From contig CAXXTX010000017.1 of assembly GCA_963666425.2 (NCBI GenBank), positions 1-12,832 of the forward strand: a DNA stretch of 12,832 nt, written 5' to 3'. Positions 7,968 to 12,832 of this stretch are shown here, piece after piece (position 1 is the first letter of the stretch; each line of letters opens with the position of its first letter). This stretch comes from Bacillota bacterium (lineage in GTDB: Bacteria > Bacillota > JAAYKD01). Under the pieces are notes generated by a model, which was given only the letters and a program-made list of their open reading frames with translations, made no database searches and was not told the origin of the DNA. Made by a program: the position numbers and the translations under genes.

Positions 7968-8378
7968 ATGCATAAAAGACATAAATACGATATTGTAGTG
8001 CTCTTGGCTTTTTTGGGTTTTGGAGTCAGTGTGTACCTAATGGCTTCCGAGCTTTTTGGTTTTGCCGTACCATGCACCATTACCCACGGCTGCAATGAAG
8101 TGCTAAAGAGCAAGTACGCAAATCTTTTTCATATTCCGTTGCCTGTGTGGGGGATGGTGTTTTATTTCGGCGTGGCCGGAGCCGCGCTTTTAGCCAATCA
8201 TTACACCGCATGGAAAAAACTGCTTACAAGCCTCCTTTCCGTAGGCGCTTTGGCTGCTTTGATTTTTCTATATATTCAGTTCTTTGTCTTGGGAAAAATT
8301 TGCCAGTATTGCCTGACAACCGACGTCTTGGCCGTTGCCTTGCTCCTGCTGGATTTGAATATTGAACACAGGGTGTAA
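7968..8378 (+). CDS. Vitamin K epoxide reductase (VKOR) family disulfide-bond formation membrane protein
   Basis: Loop cysteine pair CTITHGCNEVLKSKYA, IPLPVWGMVFY, and an active-site CxxC in KICQYCL. Four hydrophobic helices. Confidence 0.93.
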   Translation: MHKRHKYDIVVLLAFLGFGVSVYLMASELFGFAVPCTITHGCNEVLKSKYANLFHIPLPVWGMVFYFGVAGAALLANHYTAWKKLLTSLLSVGALAALIFLYIQFFVLGKICQYCLTTDVLAVALLLLDLNIEHRV

Positions 8379-8426
8379 AGGCAGTGTGTTATAATAAAGA
8401 GGGAAAAAATCTAACTTGAAAACAAA

Positions 8427-8747
8427 ATGAAATTTACTGAAATGGTTACATATTTTTGGCTGGCTTTGGGCATTCTAGTGGTCGGCAGTGTGTATTTGAT
8501 TGTTGAAGGTTACAGGGTGCAGAAGATTTTCGCCGATTCCGTAGTCGGCCGGCTGGTAAAAATTTTGGTTGCCGTCTTTATTATTGAAATGTATTCTCTG
8601 GGGGTTACGGCTTTTGCTTTCGTGTATTTTAATCCTAAGAATGCCATTATTCTTTTGCCAGTTAGTATTCTCTGGCTGGTTTCTCTCGGTATTGCCATTT
8701 ACGGAGTCAGGACTGCAAAAAAAGAAATGTTAAAACTTATTCGTTAA
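8427..8747 (+). CDS. Hypothetical small integral membrane protein (about 3 TM)
   Basis: 106-aa ORF with three hydrophobic segments. An extended -10 TG-t-TATAAT lies upstream at 8387-8395. Confidence 0.75.
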   Translation: MKFTEMVTYFWLALGILVVGSVYLIVEGYRVQKIFADSVVGRLVKILVAVFIIEMYSLGVTAFAFVYFNPKNAIILLPVSILWLVSLGIAIYGVRTAKKEMLKLIR

Positions 8748-8770
8748 AAAATTAATAAATAAAAACAAAC

Positions 8771-8947
8771 ATGCCAAATCCAATGAGTCAGACCCAGACC
8801 CCGGGCACCTACAGCCCCCGCTGGTTTATCTGGACAATTGTGTTTCTGGTGGTAGCGGGTGTCGCGCTGGTGAGTTATGTGGTGCTAAGCGATCCAGCTA
8901 ATGAATACCAGAACGATTTTCCGATGCATCGCGCTGCAAAAAAATAG
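8771..8947 (+). CDS. Small single-pass membrane protein (58 aa), not in the supplied ORF track
   Basis: ATG at 8771 follows the A-rich AAAAACAAAC. Translation: MPNPMSQTQTPGTYSPRWFIWTIVFLVVAGVALVSYVVLSDPANEYQNDFPMHRAAKK, TAG at 8945-8947. It is a GC-richer block between AT-rich spacers. Confidence 0.7.
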   Translation: MPNPMSQTQTPGTYSPRWFIWTIVFLVVAGVALVSYVVLSDPANEYQNDFPMHRAAKK

Positions 8948-9002
8948 CTGACAGTATAAAAATTTTCAATCTTGAAAAGCTTTGCAAAAAAGTTTTGAGG
9001 GG

Positions 9003-9031
9003 TTGATTTTTTTTATGAAGTGTGATATAAT
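9003..9031 (+). promoter_or_regulatory. Sigma70 promoter with an extended -10 for the CAP-domain gene
   Basis: TTGATT (9003-9008), 17-bp spacer, TG-a-TATAAT (9026-9031). Confidence 0.7.
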
Positions 9032-9162
9032 ATATATAAGCAAGTGAAATTGCGGACCAGCGCCAAAATAGCGTAAGTCCAAGAAACCAAAATACAACAA
9101 AAGTAAGTTCGCCGGAAAAAAGACTCTAAAAGGGTTTATTTCCGGTCAAAACAAAAACACAA

Positions 9163-10372
9163 ATGCAGGATGTTTTTATCGAGCCAGCTACAATGGGCGT
9201 GGCGCGCGAATTGAAAGATTTTTGGCGCGGTTTTTTTTGCGCACATCGGCGAGCACTTCATCCCTCACCATAAGAATAATTACCACCCCCATATTTTTAG
9301 CCATCGGATGACGGCATTGTTGTCCGTTTTATTGGTCTCCGCTAAATTGTTTATGGTTGCGGCAATTTCATTAGGTCCGGTTTTGCCTGCTTTTTCTTCG
9401 GATTTGACGCCGACAAATATTGTTAGTTTAACCAACGAATCACGCCAGGCTTTTAAGTTGAAAAGTTTAAGCCAGAACGAGAAACTGGCTCAGGCTGCTC
9501 AGGCCAAAGCTGACGACATGCTGAAAAATCAATATTTCGCCCACAACTCTCCGCAGGGCAAAGCGCCTTGGGATTTTATCCGCGCTTCCGGGTATGAGTA
9601 TCTGGTGGCGGGTGAAAATTTGGCAGTAAATTTTACGGACGCTGAGAGCGTGGAGCAGGCTTGGATGAATTCGCCCTCGCATAAAGCTAATCTGCTAAAT
9701 AAAAACTACGAGGAAATTGGCATCGGGATTTCCAAAGGTGAATTTCAGGGCAGGCAAGCAACTTTTGTGGTGCAGATGTTTGGCGATCCTTCGGATCAAA
9801 AAATAGTGCTCAGTGAAGCGCCAACTCAAGTGCTAGCCAAGAGAGTCCCAAAACCCGCAGAGATCTATAAAGTTAAAGGCTTGGATGTGGTTGAGGCTTC
9901 GGTTCAGCCTGATGGCGAACTCATGAAGATCAGCGCTAAGATCCAAGGCGATGCAGTAAAGGTTTTAGCCAGATACGGCGAAAGGGCAGTTATGCTTGAT
10001 CCGGCAAAAAATAATCTATGGTCAGGCTATGTTGCCATGGGTAAGCTGTCAGAGAACGGATCGCAATTGGAAATTGTTGCCGTGGATATTTTTGGGCAAA
10101 GCAAGAACTATCGAGTTGCCAATTTTAGCCAAGGCGTGCAGGCGAATTATAATGTTCTCGGAGCAACGCAAAGCCAGATGCAAGTTAAAGTTTTTGGAGT
10201 AAATTTTACTCCGGCTCAGACTGAAAATAAATTTTTCCTTTGGTTTGCAGTGCTCATGTTGTCGAGCCTGGTGATTGCGATTGCGGTCAGGCACCGGATT
10301 CAGCATACGAGCTTGGTAATGAACGGCTCAATGGTGGTAGTTTTGGCCATGCTGCTTTGGATGGCCGGATAA
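9163..10372 (+). CDS. CAP/SCP-domain (YkwD-like) membrane protein, ~402 aa; true start is upstream of the 9308 ORF across a +1 frameshift
   Basis: CAP motifs LTNESR...LAQAAQAKADDM...YFAHNSP...GENLA...WMNSPSHKANLL...EIGIG, with N- and C-terminal TM helices. The 9308 frame extends upstream as HIGEHFIPHHKNNYHPHIFSHR with no ATG/GTG/TTG after TGA 9212. Removing one T from T8 (9231-9238) fuses it to ATG 9163. Confidence 0.85.
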
Positions 10373-10392
10373 TCTAACGGTTTTTGTATGTG

Positions 10393-10420
10393 AAATCCCG
10401 CACTAAGCGGGATTTTTTTT
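10393..10420 (+). terminator. Intrinsic terminator after the CAP gene
   Basis: AAATCCCGC-actaa-GCGGGATTT running into a T8 tract. Confidence 0.9.
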
Positions 10421-10424
10421 GCTC

Positions 10425-11945
<1,521 letters not shown>

Positions 11946-11958
11946 AGATGTTTTTAAA

Positions 11959-12832
11959 TTACCCCCATTCAATGGTGGTCGGGGGTTTATCGGACAGTCG
12001 GTAAACTACCGCGCCCACTTCCCGGATTTCGTTGGTAAGCCTGCGGGAAACATGGCTTAAGAATTCATATGGCAACTCAGCTGCGCGCGCGGTAAAGCCA
12101 TTTACTGACCAGACTGCCCAAAGTGCAACTACATAGCCTTCGGCCGCATCATCGCCTTTGGTGCAGGTGGTGACTGAATTGGTGACCACAGCTCCGGCTT
12201 GCCAGACATTTTCATACAAAGACCAGTTGCGGAGCTCTTCAATATAAATTTGATCCGCTTTTCTGGCTGCTGCCAGTTTTTCTTTGGTAATTTGGCCTTC
12301 GATTCTGACTATTAGTCCGGGTCCAGGAAAAGGGTGGCGGATCAGCAGTTTTTCCGGTACGCCTGCGGCGCGGCCAATGTTTCGTCCGGTATCTTTTACA
12401 GAGTCAGCCAAAGGCTGAAGTTCGGGCAAGGAAAAGCCTAAGTTTACATTGTGGTGGATTTTTATTTGGGCTTTGCGCGCCCCGCTGTCATAGCCCCCGC
12501 CGGACTCAGAGATGTCAGTATATAAAGTGCCTTGGGCAATAAAATCAGCGTTAAAAGCAGCGGCTTCTGATTCTAGGATTTCTTTGTAAATGCCGCGCAT
12601 AGCGATGCGTTTGTCTTTCATGGAAACTTGGTTTTGTAGCACCTGTAAAAACTGTTCAGTGGCATCGAAGATTTTGACTTCTAGCCATTCCGCTTTGCCA
12701 AAATATTCCAAAACAAAAGCTTCGTCATCAGGCCGGTCTATGCCTTTTATATAAATGCCCAAAATTTTCGTGTCAGGAGATTTGGCATTTTTTAGCAAAT
12801 AAGCCACTGTCGAAGAATCTGTGCCTCCAGAC
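11959..12832 (-). CDS. guaA: GMP synthase, ATP-pyrophosphatase and C-terminal domains (5' part outside the window)
   Basis: The minus-strand frame is open to the window end and reads SGGTDSSTVAYLL (PP-loop SGGxDS). Other motifs are IAQGTLYTDISES, IKIHHNV, RHPFPGPGL and the C-terminal KPPTTIEW. Confidence 0.9.
   Translation of the reverse strand, partial: SGGTDSSTVAYLLKNAKSPDTKILGIYIKGIDRPDDEAFVLEYFGKAEWLEVKIFDATEQFLQVLQNQVSMKDKRIAMRGIYKEILESEAAAFNADFIAQGTLYTDISESGGGYDSGARKAQIKIHHNVNLGFSLPELQPLADSVKDTGRNIGRAAGVPEKLLIRHPFPGPGLIVRIEGQITKEKLAAARKADQIYIEELRNWSLYENVWQAGAVVTNSVTTCTKGDDAAEGYVVALWAVWSVNGFTARAAELPYEFLSHVSRRLTNEIREVGAVVYRLSDKPPTTIEWG

Noticed and set aside
9007-9014. Phase-variable poly-T in the CAP promoter spacer
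   Set aside because: T8 is unremarkable in AT-rich intergenic DNA, the spacing is already 17 bp, and there is no evidence of length variation.

Overview
A 12.8-kb bacterial chromosomal segment, almost all on the + strand. Start codons lack Shine-Dalgarno motifs and sit behind A-rich tracts, sigma70-type promoters are compact, and the gene content fits a CPR/Patescibacteria-like organism (inference). Gene order: a partial membrane-anchored protein; one giant Cys-rich modular secreted protein (478-5202, ~1,570 aa, split by two frameshifts into three ORFs in the track); a ZIP-family metal transporter; a Gly-rich RRM RNA-binding protein behind a ~150-nt structured leader; two charged coiled-coil hypotheticals; a VKOR; two small membrane proteins (one absent from the ORF track); a CAP/SCP-domain membrane protein; guaB; and a convergent, divergent guaA cut by the window end. 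Six frameshifts at short G/T runs hit three unrelated genes and are most simply read as sequencing or assembly insertions. The most interesting signals are an apparently circularly permuted F5/8C-like domain inserted into an NBR1-like Ig domain, an unrecognised 4-Cys ~110-aa repeat, and the multi-hairpin RRM leader. No CRISPR array, tRNA/rRNA, mobile element, reverse transcriptase or defence system was seen.
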